The notes under the pieces are model-generated. The model worked only from the letters and a program-made list of their open reading frames with translations. It was not told the DNA's origin and did not search any database. A stretch of 64,000 nt of DNA, taken from contig NIVC01002076.1 in NCBI GenBank assembly GCA_002269645.1, positions 1 to 64,000 of the forward strand. Reading direction: 5' to 3'. Origin of the DNA: Macrostomum lignano. Its lineage: Eukaryota. The position numbers were made by a program, and so were the translations under genes. This document shows, in pieces, positions 49,241 to 59,929 of this stretch (the stretch's first letter is position 1; each line of letters begins with the position of its first letter).

Positions 49241-50614
49241 TAAAAAACTTCGAGAATCTCGGGTGTGCACTGCAATGAGAATGGGTGATTCACGTGTGGC
49301 TCTTAGGACTGCTCATTAATACGCTCAGTTGGATTTGGATATTTGTGCTTATAGCCATTGTAAAAGAAGCGTCTTGGGGTTCAATGGGTTTTGTTAATTA
49401 ATTAATATTCGCTTCAGCATTTTCTGTAATTTTATTTTAGCTATATTACTTGTATATTAGAAGGGTAGGTGTACCTGTATCCAGTAGACAGGTCATTGGG
49501 TGCGCCCAGTCCACCTGTTGTTCACCGCTCTCGCATCCTATAGTTACGGTGCATGGACAGCCAAAGTAGGGCTTACGCTGCACTCATAAATCATGCAGAT
49601 TTCAGTGGAGGCTGCTTTTCGTCGGAGAGTGCATTGGCGAGATGGAGAGCGGCGGCATCTTCCCGCAGATAGCGCTGACGGCAATTCAGCTCATTCGGCT
49701 GACTCCTGAGCACTGACAAGCGCGCCAATACTGTGCGCAGGCAGGCTCTCGTACACACGCTCACGAAGGGTGCACAGCGCCCCTGGCTTTCTAATCGTCC
49801 GGCCAAGGACGACGGGAAACCTCGTTTCTTAGAAATTTTTAAAGGCAGGCTTTCCCGAAAAAAAATACACTACAGAGATAGAAAGTTTTCATTTTTTCAG
49901 CACAAAAATTGTTTTTGCTTTTGATTGGAGGCAGATCCAGTGTTCAACTTTTGAGATGTTGTGCCTTTCTTATTGCTCTATCGATATTCATGAAGCTTTT
50001 TGTTCAAAGAATTAGGATTCTTAATTAATTTTTATTCTACGTACATTTTCTGTACCTAACAATCATAAAAATGCACGGCACAGCTCCAATCTTTGGTTTT
50101 ATGAATCTACGAGTATTTTATCGTCTCTGTTACAAATATTTGTTACACAGTCAGCTAAGAATGATAAAATAGTCTCATAAAATCAAAGAGCTCACGTGCC
50201 ATTTTAATGGTTTTTAGGCACAAGATACGTGCAAATGTACCTCGTACGTACAATACTTGTACAGTATGTACGAAGTAGAAGAAAAATATTCTGCCGTGAG
50301 CATTCGACAGCCTTCAGTCGTCGATGGCCACGATCGAGCTGTCTCCCATAGCCCTCTGTCAGCTAGACAGGACAGCTGCTGTCTCGAATTACAGGCACAC
50401 TACCGCATTATTTTTTGTCCACTGTCGGATTGAAGCTGAGTCGTAAAATAAAAAACACAGAAAATCTTTCAGCTCTGCTTCACTTTACGGCGCATGCCAT
50501 CACACGGATTTATTTTTTTTTGCGCGGCGACTTTAGACACTCAAGACAGCGGAGGGGCGAATTTAATTAAGCTTTAAGTTTTCCATTTTGAGAATCACTT
50601 TATCTTCGATACTC

Positions 50615-50830
50615 CGGGAACTCGAACTCGTCAGTGAACTCAGCAGGGAACTCGTCAAGGAATTCATCAGGAAGCTAGTCAGAGAACTTGTCAGGGAACT
50701 CGGCAGGGAACTCGTCAGAGAACTTGTCAGGAAACTCGTCAGAGAACTCGTCAGAGAACTCGTCAGAGAACTCGTCAGAGAACTTGTCAGGGAACTCGTC
50801 AGGGAACTCTTTTATCGAGGACTTGTCAGT
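50615..50830 (+). repeat. 12-bp repeat (GAACTCGTCAGA) just downstream of the GPCR stop codon
   Basis: Tandem array. Confidence 0.85.
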
Positions 50831-50839
50831 AAAATCTGG

Positions 50840-51847
50840 TCAGTTGCCGGGCACAGTGGAGTCGGCCTCCACGGTGGCAGACTGCGGAGCCACGCGCCTG
50901 TTGCTGCCAGCGCAGCAGCAGCGGCTGCAGGGCAGGTCGCGCATGATGAGGCGACGCACGCTCGACGAAGTGAGCGCGTAGATGTAGAGCGAGAAGCAGT
51001 TGTTGGTGTAGGACAGCAGGATGAGGCCGCTGTAGGCCGTGTCCAGCGCCGGGGTCCAGTTTCCCGGGTCCAGGGCCCGGTAGACCAGCATGAAACGGCT
51101 GGGCAGCATAGAGACGAAGAAGTACACGGAGATCCCGAACAGCATGCGGAAGGCCTTGGCCTCCTTGGTCGCGTTGCTCGACGAGGGGGCGCTGCCGGAG
51201 GCGCAGGCGTAGCGGCAGAGCAGCGAGCCGTTGACGGCCAGCAGGTAGAGGCTGGGCAGGAGGATCCGCAGCGCCAGGTCGCAGGCGATGAAGGCGTCGA
51301 AGTTGAACTCGGGAGCCGAGATGCACACCGCCCTGCGGTAGATGGGCACCCAGATCAAGCGCATGATGTACAGCAGGCAGTGATTCTTGACGGCGGACCC
51401 GGCCACCAGGCCGCAGACGACGCCGACCATCAGGCGGACGCCGAAGCGTCTCGTCGGCAACACGACGGCCAGCAGGCGCTCGGTGGCGATAAGGCAGACT
51501 ATCCAGCCGCTGACGTCGGTGGACAAGTAGACACCGAAGATGTGCATCCGGCACAGCGGGTCCGACACGGAGCGCAGGTCCCAGCCAGTGGACAGCAGCG
51601 ACAGGTAGCGGGTCAGCGAGATGAGCATCACGGCCAGGTCGGCCACGGCCAGCAGGCGGAAGGTCGCCCGGGTCGACTCGCCGAGGAAGCAGCGACGCCG
51701 GAACAGCCAGAGGATGCCGGCGTTGCCGACGATGCCGAGCGCCATGGCGAGGCAGCCGAACGCCAGCAGCAGGCTGCGCGTGACGGCGAAGGCGTTGTTG
51801 CCGGAGGGCGAGACGCCGTCGGCATTGGAGGAGCCGTTGTCGCTCAT
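50840..51847 (-). CDS. Class A (rhodopsin-like) GPCR, probably a peptide receptor, intronless, ~335 aa
   Basis: ATG at 51847 (MSDNGSS); seven hydrophobic segments; GIVGN (TM1), LAVADL (TM2), Cys before TM3, ERL in place of DRY, NNCFSLYIY (TM7); N-terminal NGS sequon. Confidence 0.88.
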   Translation of the reverse strand: MSDNGSSNADGVSPSGNNAFAVTRSLLLAFGCLAMALGIVGNAGILWLFRRRCFLGESTRATFRLLAVADLAVMLISLTRYLSLLSTGWDLRSVSDPLCRMHIFGVYLSTDVSGWIVCLIATERLLAVVLPTRRFGVRLMVGVVCGLVAGSAVKNHCLLYIMRLIWVPIYRRAVCISAPEFNFDAFIACDLALRILLPSLYLLAVNGSLLCRYACASGSAPSSSNATKEAKAFRMLFGISVYFFVSMLPSRFMLVYRALDPGNWTPALDTAYSGLILLSYTNNCFSLYIYALTSSSVRRLIMRDLPCSRCCCAGSNRRVAPQSATVEADSTVPGN

Positions 51848-51869
51848 CGGAGAGCTGGCGAGCCTCAAT

Positions 51870-51946
51870 TGCAGACAAGCGGATCGGTCTCAAGTGCAGA
51901 CAAGCGGATCGGTCTCAAGTGCAGACAAGCGGATCGGTCTCAAGTC
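51870..51946 (+). repeat. 25-bp triplicate (GCAGACAAGCGGATCGGTCTCAAGT) immediately upstream of the GPCR start
   Basis: Three exact units. Confidence 0.9.
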
Positions 51947-52689
51947 GAAATCCCAGCCGAGCATGAGTTGAGCATGTATTTATGCGCTCACCCTGAGCTG
52001 CTCCTCCATTGGCTGGCTGAATTTGATTGGCAAGCAGTCAGCCTTAACTTGATAACTTAGTTTTCTTGCTGAGCACGATGTCTGAAATCGTGTGAGTTCG
52101 GCTGCAGGGTTCGGGCTTATGAATAAACTTGGCTGTTCGGAGCTTCTCTCGAACTGGGGTCTTGAAGCTACATTTAAACTTTTTTGCTGGTTCTTGAGAG
52201 ATCAAGAAAGTACGTCAAGAACTTTTGAATTTTTCAAAACTCCCAACAGGGCAATGTAAGTTTACATCCGCGTCAACCAAACAGACTGCAGCCAAACAGA
52301 GTCACCGTGCGACGTCTCGCCTTGGAAACAGAAGTATCATATTTGGCTAAGAATATACTCACCCAAGCCTTCCATGCTAGTCAGAGAAGTGACTGCTTTT
52401 GTGACCGCTTCTTTCATGGAATTCTCATCAGTTCCACGGTTTTTTGTGCCGCTGCTCTCGCGCTCGCAATGGTTTGACTTTGCCTCAAAATCAAAGGGCT
52501 TTTTGGCCGGGAAACTTTACAATAATCGATTCGGATGAAAAGACTAAAACTGAAGCTTTTCTGATCGATGTCACGAGTTCTCTTTGATGCTTGAGAATAT
52601 TGATCCTTAATTGACTATTACTCGAATTCCCAGTTAAGTATGAGCACCCGTCCCTCAGTATGGATAGATATCTCTATAGTGAGCCCCAA

Positions 52690-53880
52690 TGTAACAGGTG
52701 AGCACCGGTGTAACAGGTGAGCACCGGTGTAACAGTTAAACACCGGTGTAACAGGTGAGCACCGGTGTAACAGGTGAGCACCGGTGTAACAGTTGAACAC
52801 CGGTGTAACAGGTGAGCACCGGTGTAACAGGTAAGCACCGGTGTAACAGGGTGAGCACCGGTGTAACAGGTGAGCACCGATGTAACAGCTGAGCACCAGT
52901 GCAACAGGTAAGCACCGGTGTAACAGGGTGAGCACCGGTGTAACAGGTGAGCACCGATGTAACAGCTGAGCACCAGTGCAACAGGTAAGCACCGGTGTAA
53001 CAGGGTGAGCACCGGTGTAACAGGTGAGCCGCGGTGTAACAAGTGAGCACCGGTGTAACAGGTGAGCCCCCGGTGTAACAGATGAGCCGCGGTGTAACAG
53101 GTGAGCCGCGGTGTAACAAGTGAGCACCGGTGTAACAGGTGAGCACCGGTGTAACAGGTGAGCACCGGTGTAACAGGTGAGCACCGGTCTAACAGGTAAG
53201 CCCCGGTGTAACAGGTGACCACCGAGGTGTAACAGATGAGCACCGGTGTAACAGGTGAGCACCGGTCTAACAGGTAAGCCCCGGTGTAACAGGTGACCAC
53301 CGAGGTGTAACAGACGAGCACCGGTGTAACAGGTGAGCACCGGTCTAACAGGTAAGCCCCGGTGTAACAGGTGACCACCGAGGTGTAACAGATGAGCACC
53401 GGTGTAACAGGTGAGCACCGGTCTAACAGGTAAGCCCCGGTGTAACAGGTGACCACCGAGGTGTAACAGATGAGCACCGGTGTAACAGGTGAGCAACGCG
53501 GTGTAACAGGTGAGCACCGGTGTAACAGGTGAGCACCGGTCTAACAGTAAGCCCCGGTGTAACAGGTGACCACCGAGGTGTAACAGATGAGCACCGGTGT
53601 AACAGGTGAGCACCGCGGTGTAACAGATGAGCACCGGTGTAACAGGTGAGCACCGCGGTGTAACAGGTGAGCACCGGTGTAACAGGTGAGCACCGGTGTA
53701 ACAGGTGAGCACCGGTGTAACAGGTGAGCACCGGTGTAACAGGTGAGCACCGGTCTAACAGGTAAGCCCCGGTGTAACAGGTGACCACCGAGGTGTAACA
53801 GATGAGCACCGGTGTAACAGGTGAGCACCGCGGTGTAACAGGGTGAGCACCGGTGAAACAGGTGAGCACCGGTGTAACAC
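52690..53880 (+). repeat. 19-bp minisatellite (GGTGTAACAGGTGAGCACC)
   Basis: About 60 units with higher-order blocks. Confidence 0.93.
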
Positions 53881-54539
53881 CCATCTCTCAATGTTGATAT
53901 AAATATGTCCTATTTCACAGCCTCAAAAAAAGAATCACGGATGAAACATTTCTAAAAAGAAATTGCACACGAAAGCTCTTCAGAAAATTCAAAAGCATTG
54001 CTTCAATTTCTTATCGGACAGGAGCACCAAAACATGATTCATTTATAGCCCTGTGCGACTCAAACAGGTGAGTGGGACATACATGTACTTTTATGCTCAT
54101 CCCTCTTATAGGTAAGTCTCTGATTTCCATGCAGCGCACAGAATCAAGTCAGCATCATCATCTGCCTCGGCTGTCTTAATAAAGCACCTCGCGCAGCTTT
54201 GAACGCCGCACTTGTACTCACTTCAGTGGATGCTGAGCATGAGCAGGAATAACCAGAGTTGTTTCCCCAATTTACTGGGAACTCTAGCAACCTGCAGCTC
54301 AGAATAAGATCTACGCCCGAGATTGTACGTACGTGTAAAAAAATAAACTTATTGCACTTATAAACATTGGATCAGAAAACAGTTTTTAACCAGAATGAAT
54401 ACAACATCAACAGCTCCAAGAAAACCTTTGCTATGTGCATTAGCAGACGCAAAAAAACAAAAAGCAAAGCGCGTGACGCGCCTCAGGGTCTGGACGAGAC
54501 GGCAAAATAAATTCCAAACCTATGGGAGAGGGGGGAAGA

Positions 54540-54844
54540 GAGAGCAGACGGCAACCAAGCCCAGCCCAGCCAATCAGCGCGCCGCGCAGGGTAGAACTGA
54601 TACCCCAGGGGAGAGGGGGAGAAAGGGACAGTAAGGACTGGCCAATCGCTTGCAGAAAAGCTGGAGGTGGGTGGGGGGAGTCAGGCTGCAAAACTGAGAG
54701 AGCAGACGGCAAACAAGCCCAGCCAATCAGCGCGCCGCGCAGGGTAGAACTGATACCCCAGGGGAGAGGGGGAGAAAGGGACAGTAAGGACTGGCCAATC
54801 GGCTTGCAGAAAAGCTGGAGATGGGTGGGGGGAGTCAGGCTGCA
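54540..54844 (+). repeat. Direct duplication of ~155 bp, each copy with two CCAAT boxes
   Basis: Copies at ~54540-54690 and ~54698-54844. Confidence 0.85.
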
Positions 54845-55254
54845 TAACAAGAGGACAAAGAGTTCAAGGCGTATCAAGTAATTAAATTTAATTGATTGGG
54901 GACCCTGTGTGGACCAGACCTGCTGTTCCTGCGTACGTGCCATATCCGCATGGCATGCTTAGGAGTCGCCGGAGTTGTCCATGAATGCCTTTTTCCTTGC
55001 CTCCTAATTGCAGGCTGCGTGTCGACTGTTGCCTTGATCTGCGGCAATGCCTGCAGCCCCACCACAGCAAACTGACACTGACTCTGCAGATTCTGGCTGA
55101 CGACGATCAAAAAGGCTCGAAAAAATACTCGTCCAGCCAGGACCTGAGGCGCGTCCGGTGTTGCTGTTTGCTTTCGGCCTTTTTGCACTCGAAACCTGTC
55201 GGTCACGCCCTTTGCCGGCATAAAAGCCCGCCTGCTCAGCAACCGTCTTTAAAG

Positions 55255-55942
55255 GGGAGCACGAGAAATGCCCGCAGACGAATTGCCCGCCGAGATTTGC
55301 CCGCAGGAGATTTGCCTGTGGAGATTTGCCCGCCGAGCTTTTCCCGCGGAGATGTGCCCGCAGTGCATTTTGCCCGTGAGCGAATTGCCCGTGGAGATTT
55401 GCCCGCCGAGAATTGCCCGCCGAGATTTGCCCGCAGTGCAATTTGCCCGCGAGTGAGTTGCCCGCCGAGTTTTTCCCGCCGAGGTTTGCCCGCAATGCCT
55501 TTTTCCTGCAGCGAATTTAGCGACGCGGCAGATTTTGTCTGCATTGCCTTCCCAATGCTTTGTACGTGTTAATCTCAATAAAGAGATTTACACGATCAAA
55601 ACGTTTTGATAGTAACTGCATATCAAAAGCATATTTTTTTTGGGGGGGGGGGCAATGCAGACAGAATCTAGCTGCCAAATGCGCTGCAGGAAAAAAGCAT
55701 TGCGGGCAAACCTCGGCGGGAAAAAAACTCGGCGGGCAACTCGCTCGCGGGCAAATTGCACTGCGGGCAAATCTCGGCGGGCAATTCTCGGCGGGCAAAT
55801 CTCCACGGGCAATTCGCTCACGGGCAAAATGCACTGCGGGCAAATCTCCGCGGGAAAAGCTCGGCGGGCAAATCTCCACAGGCAAATCTCCTGCGGGCAA
55901 ATCTCGGCGGGCAATTCGTCTGCGGGCATTTCTCGTGCTCCC
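55255..55942. mobile_element. Foldback-type MITE: ~290-bp inverted arms built of 15-bp subrepeats, ~100-bp spacer
   Basis: Termini GGGAGCACGAGAAATGCCCGCAG ... CTGCGGGCATTTCTCGTGCTCCC; arms 55255-55548 and 55651-55942; subrepeat GAGATTTGCCCGC; no clear TSD. Confidence 0.75.
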
Positions 55943-57906
55943 ACTGCAAACAGTTGGTTAACCTAATGGGAAAAAACTCCCGTTCGCGTTGATAAATGCC
56001 TTTCAATAAAGATCCCTTTTATTTTTTATCCACTCAGCTTCATCTGGGATGCTGCAATCCAACGCTCTGCACCAAAAAGCCCATAAAGCTCCTAAGAAGG
56101 AAGGAGGGAGTCTCGAATTCTAAGGGATGCCGTCCAATATCTGCTGTGTGGGCCTTTGATCCTCTCTGATTTCAATGTGGACAAACGGATTCTTTGCACG
56201 TGATTGGAAATTTTCCTTAAAAAAATTCTTCTTGTTATGGATGAATTGTTTTTCAGATTCGATGTCAGCCATGCATGCAGTTTGCAGAGGGCCTTTTAGC
56301 ACTGCCGCTGATCAAGGCAGCACTGGTACCGCAGCCAGCAGAGAGGAGGCAAAGCAGTCTATATCCATTCCTCTGACCCCGGAGCGCGCACTGCACGGAT
56401 GCTGCAGACGCAGCACTCACTCGGGGTGTACAGCGGCTCTTAACTTTCCCCAAGTCTGTCGAGTGGCATGCCTACACGAGACCGGGAACCCATGCATCCC
56501 CGCTGAGCTGCTGAGCTACCGGCTCCATCCAAATTGAAGGTTTGAATCAGTCGATCGAGTTGTGAGCTTCGACCGGTCTCCATATGTATTAGTAAGGAGT
56601 ATTTTGAAATCCTAAAAATAATTATTAATTGTTATTCGTAGCCTTGACAGCCATATATAGTTCATTATCTTCCCAAATACAACGGGAAAACATACTTTAA
56701 GGTTTTTTAACTTGCGCTTCAACGCACGATTTGCTACAGGCTCTGCAGTTTTCTCATGCAAAATCCATGCATGGAAATTAGGTAAGGAGGCCTGTTCTGA
56801 AAAAACTCTAATTTGCTAATTGCATGAATAATTGCTATAATAGTATAGCTGCTGCATGACGCTCACGACCAAGCTCGTGACTTGTATTTACTCAAGCTTT
56901 AGTTTGTGATGTTAAGCTAATACATTTAGTATGAGTTTTCTCTTTTTTCAATGTACACAGTTGCAATATACAAAATCAAGTTATGATTACGTAGACGAAT
57001 TTAGAATTCAGATAAAGTGCATATCGTCTAGCCGAATATATTAAGAAAATATGTATACTTCGTTAAAATGCTTTGAAGGAAATTAACAGGCAACTTGTTA
57101 ATAAGCATGTACGATTGTTAGGTTTTGGATTGATTGGAAATGTAGTACATGCAATTTTTTGCCCCGACTCACAACAGGCCCATTATCATGGCATTTGCAA
57201 CATACAGTCACAGTTTTGCAATTGTAGATGTAAATTGTCAGTGTAGCTTACAAATTTAGAGTAATTTCGAAGCTAAAAACTGTTTTATATCAATTCTACT
57301 TGCGGCCATGATCGAAAGGCCAATTATTGCAAGCGTGGTATATCGGTGTATAATTGGTTGTTGTTAAATGTGGGTGGAGAGCTAGGCGATCTCCTCAGGA
57401 GAGCTCAGGGAAGGGCTCTACCGCGGTTGGTGATTCCCCCCAGGAAATATAGCCCGGCGCGGGTGACCAGGATTGGAGCTAGGAGTATTTTTTGCCCTAG
57501 CGACTGCAGGGCTCAACAAATTGAGGAGGACACCGAGGACCCAAACAGCGGAATCAGTTAGACGAGCGAGTTCTAAGACTGCCCCAGGCCACCACCCAAA
57601 CGGCATAACCCTAAGATTGGAACGGCTCATGACCGAAAGATAAAACCAAATAAAACGGGGATACAAAAAACTAATAGAGAAGGATCACCTGAACCGTTTT
57701 ACGGCTCAACCACAGGGCTGCTGGCATCAACTGCATGGGCTCTACCGTAAACTTTTGTGAATGGTCGTCTTTCCTGCTCGGCGGGTACAACCGCGAGGCT
57801 CAAAGTCCTTGATCTACCGTCCAGCATCACATTCACTCCAGGTACGCCCCCCCAGAACCAAGGTAGGGCAGAAAAGAGAGAATGAATCCGAAAATCAACA
57901 TTGTGT

Positions 57907-57953
57907 GAGTAACGACGCGTTTCGCACTCCTAGGTGCATCTTCAGGTTTATTC
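57907..57953 (-). ncRNA. Second copy of the hammerhead motif on the minus strand
   Basis: Exact reverse complement of 58224-58270. Confidence 0.7.
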
Positions 57954-58223
57954 AACAACGAAATTAAACAGGTTTTGCGAATAAATATGTATGTGGAGTT
58001 GGTTATAGGTAAACAAGAAAAATTATTGAACAATCTTTCCGCCCATTGTTAAATTATTGAACAATCTTTCCGGGTGTACATTCTTTCCGCCCCCGGACTT
58101 CACTCTGCCGTACGGACTAACTCATGTGTTCTCCAATATCGATTTGTTCAATAATTTTTCTTGTTTACCTATAACCAACTCCACATACATATTTATTCGC
58201 AAAACCTGTTTAATTTCGTTGTT

Positions 58224-58270
58224 GAATAAACCTGAAGATGCACCTAGGAGTGCGAAACGCGTCGTTACTC
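58224..58270 (+). ncRNA. Minimal type I hammerhead ribozyme motif (PLE type)
   Basis: CTGAAGA-T-GCAC[CTAGGA]GTGC-GAAA-CGCG-TC; palindromic ACGCGT stem III; predicted GUC cleavage after 58263; imperfect stem I (GAATAAAC/GTTACTC). Confidence 0.7.
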
Positions 58271-59929
58271 ACACAATGTTGATTTTCGGATTCATTTTCC
58301 TTTTACTAGCCAAGCGAGCTACACTACCCGAAAAGAGAGAAGTTATTTTTGGAGTGGACATCACCTCCGTCGAGATTTAAAAATTGAGCCACCCGATTGG
58401 GCAGGTCAATTGGACTGCGCGAGACAACCCCAGAACGCCGCCCAGTAATGTGCCAGAGACTGTATCGGTGTATTAAAGTGTACCACTTGAAAATTGTGTT
58501 AAAATAGTATAAAAACTGTAAAATTCAGAAGTAGTATCACGCTTTCAAAATGCATTTTTCCAGAATTACGAATTTGTAAAAAATGTAAAAATTAATCATA
58601 AGACGCAATTACTGGAAATGTAATGAATAAAAATTATATTACAATCAATAAAGAGTATATTGTGTTATTATACTATTGTTTATTGAATATTATGCCCTGC
58701 TCGTCGAAATTTTTCTCAAAGTCAAATCCTTTTTCCTCGGTTGACCAATTCGCTTGTGGTCTTCTGCCATCAGTGTCACAAACACGTAGCAGAATAGGAC
58801 ACGTTTTTTTCGGCTTCAGAAGCGGTCAATACATGTTTTGTGTACGAAAATGTATTAGTAAGATGTATCACCCGTGACACAACGTAAGGCTCAAAAATAC
58901 CTCTTCACAAGAGCCTTAACCTTTTTTTTTAGCCTTTTCCTTGAGAGCATTTTCCTTAAAGGCAGATAATACCCGTCGATAGGTATTTGTACCCATATTT
59001 TTATGCATTTTAAGGCTTCCGTGTACTCGCGTGTAGAAGTTGTCACGGGTGATGTTGGTAAACTGTATAATTCAAATTCCATTCTAGCTAGCTATTAAAA
59101 TAATTAGCCTGCGTCAGGATTAGCAAAAATTTAAAGGGCTAGTGACCAATGTAGCTAGTTCTAGTCTAGGAAGTTGCGCATCTTACCTAGCTATCTTATT
59201 CTTGGTCTAATCGGCTAGGCCTATGCTATGCTGTTCGACCTAAATATTAAATTTTACTACTATTGCCATTTTGTTACAGATTTATTTAGGACCTACTGTT
59301 CTACCAATGTCAATGGCAATAGATTAAATTTAAAACTACCTAGGCAGCTAGGCCTAGTAATTTTGCATTTAGTAATACAAAGCCTACTGTTTCACTGATT
59401 ATTTTCTTCTATTGACTAGTAGCCCTAAATCTAAAATATTTTCTTTTCTTTTGTGTTATAAGGCCTAGCCTTTACCTTTATGTTATATTATTAAAATGTT
59501 CTTTTGACTTAATAATAGTATTAATAAGCATCTTTTTTCTTTCTTGGATGTAAAGTTAATTTGGTCCTTCTTTGATTTAATTTAATTAGCTTATATTTTA
59601 TACAATTTACTAAGGCTATAGGAATGGAAGTATTATAATATTTATATTAATTTTTTCTAACAAATATTATAAATCTGTTTTATAAGCATCAAAAATGGAA
59701 ATATAAAACAAGATAATATAGAGCACATTCTATATTGAAATATTATGCACATTTTTTAAATATTTTGATAAATAAGATTTCTCCACAAAATTAAAAAATA
59801 TTTTAGAAATTAGATTATAAACTTAAAGCCATAAACCATAGACTGGCAACTAGTTATTTACTACCATTATAAAGTAAGTCATGATATCTATCTAGTAGTC
59901 ATGACCTTTTCTTCCTCTCTAACCTCTAT

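Larger units (their letters stand above)
57881..58296. mobile_element. Inverted pair of 153-bp arms resembling Penelope-like element pseudo-LTRs
   Basis: 57881-58033 is the reverse complement of 58144-58296, and each arm contains a hammerhead motif. No PLE ORF recognised nearby. Confidence 0.6.

Noticed and set aside
50588-52060. 490-aa + strand ORF and other overlapping ORFs over the GPCR
   Set aside because: Antisense or alternative-frame shadows of a GC-rich coding sequence plus the 12-bp repeat.
57330-57870. Possible Penelope GIY-YIG or RT coding remnant next to the hammerhead pair
   Set aside because: No recognisable motif in any frame; would need a profile search.
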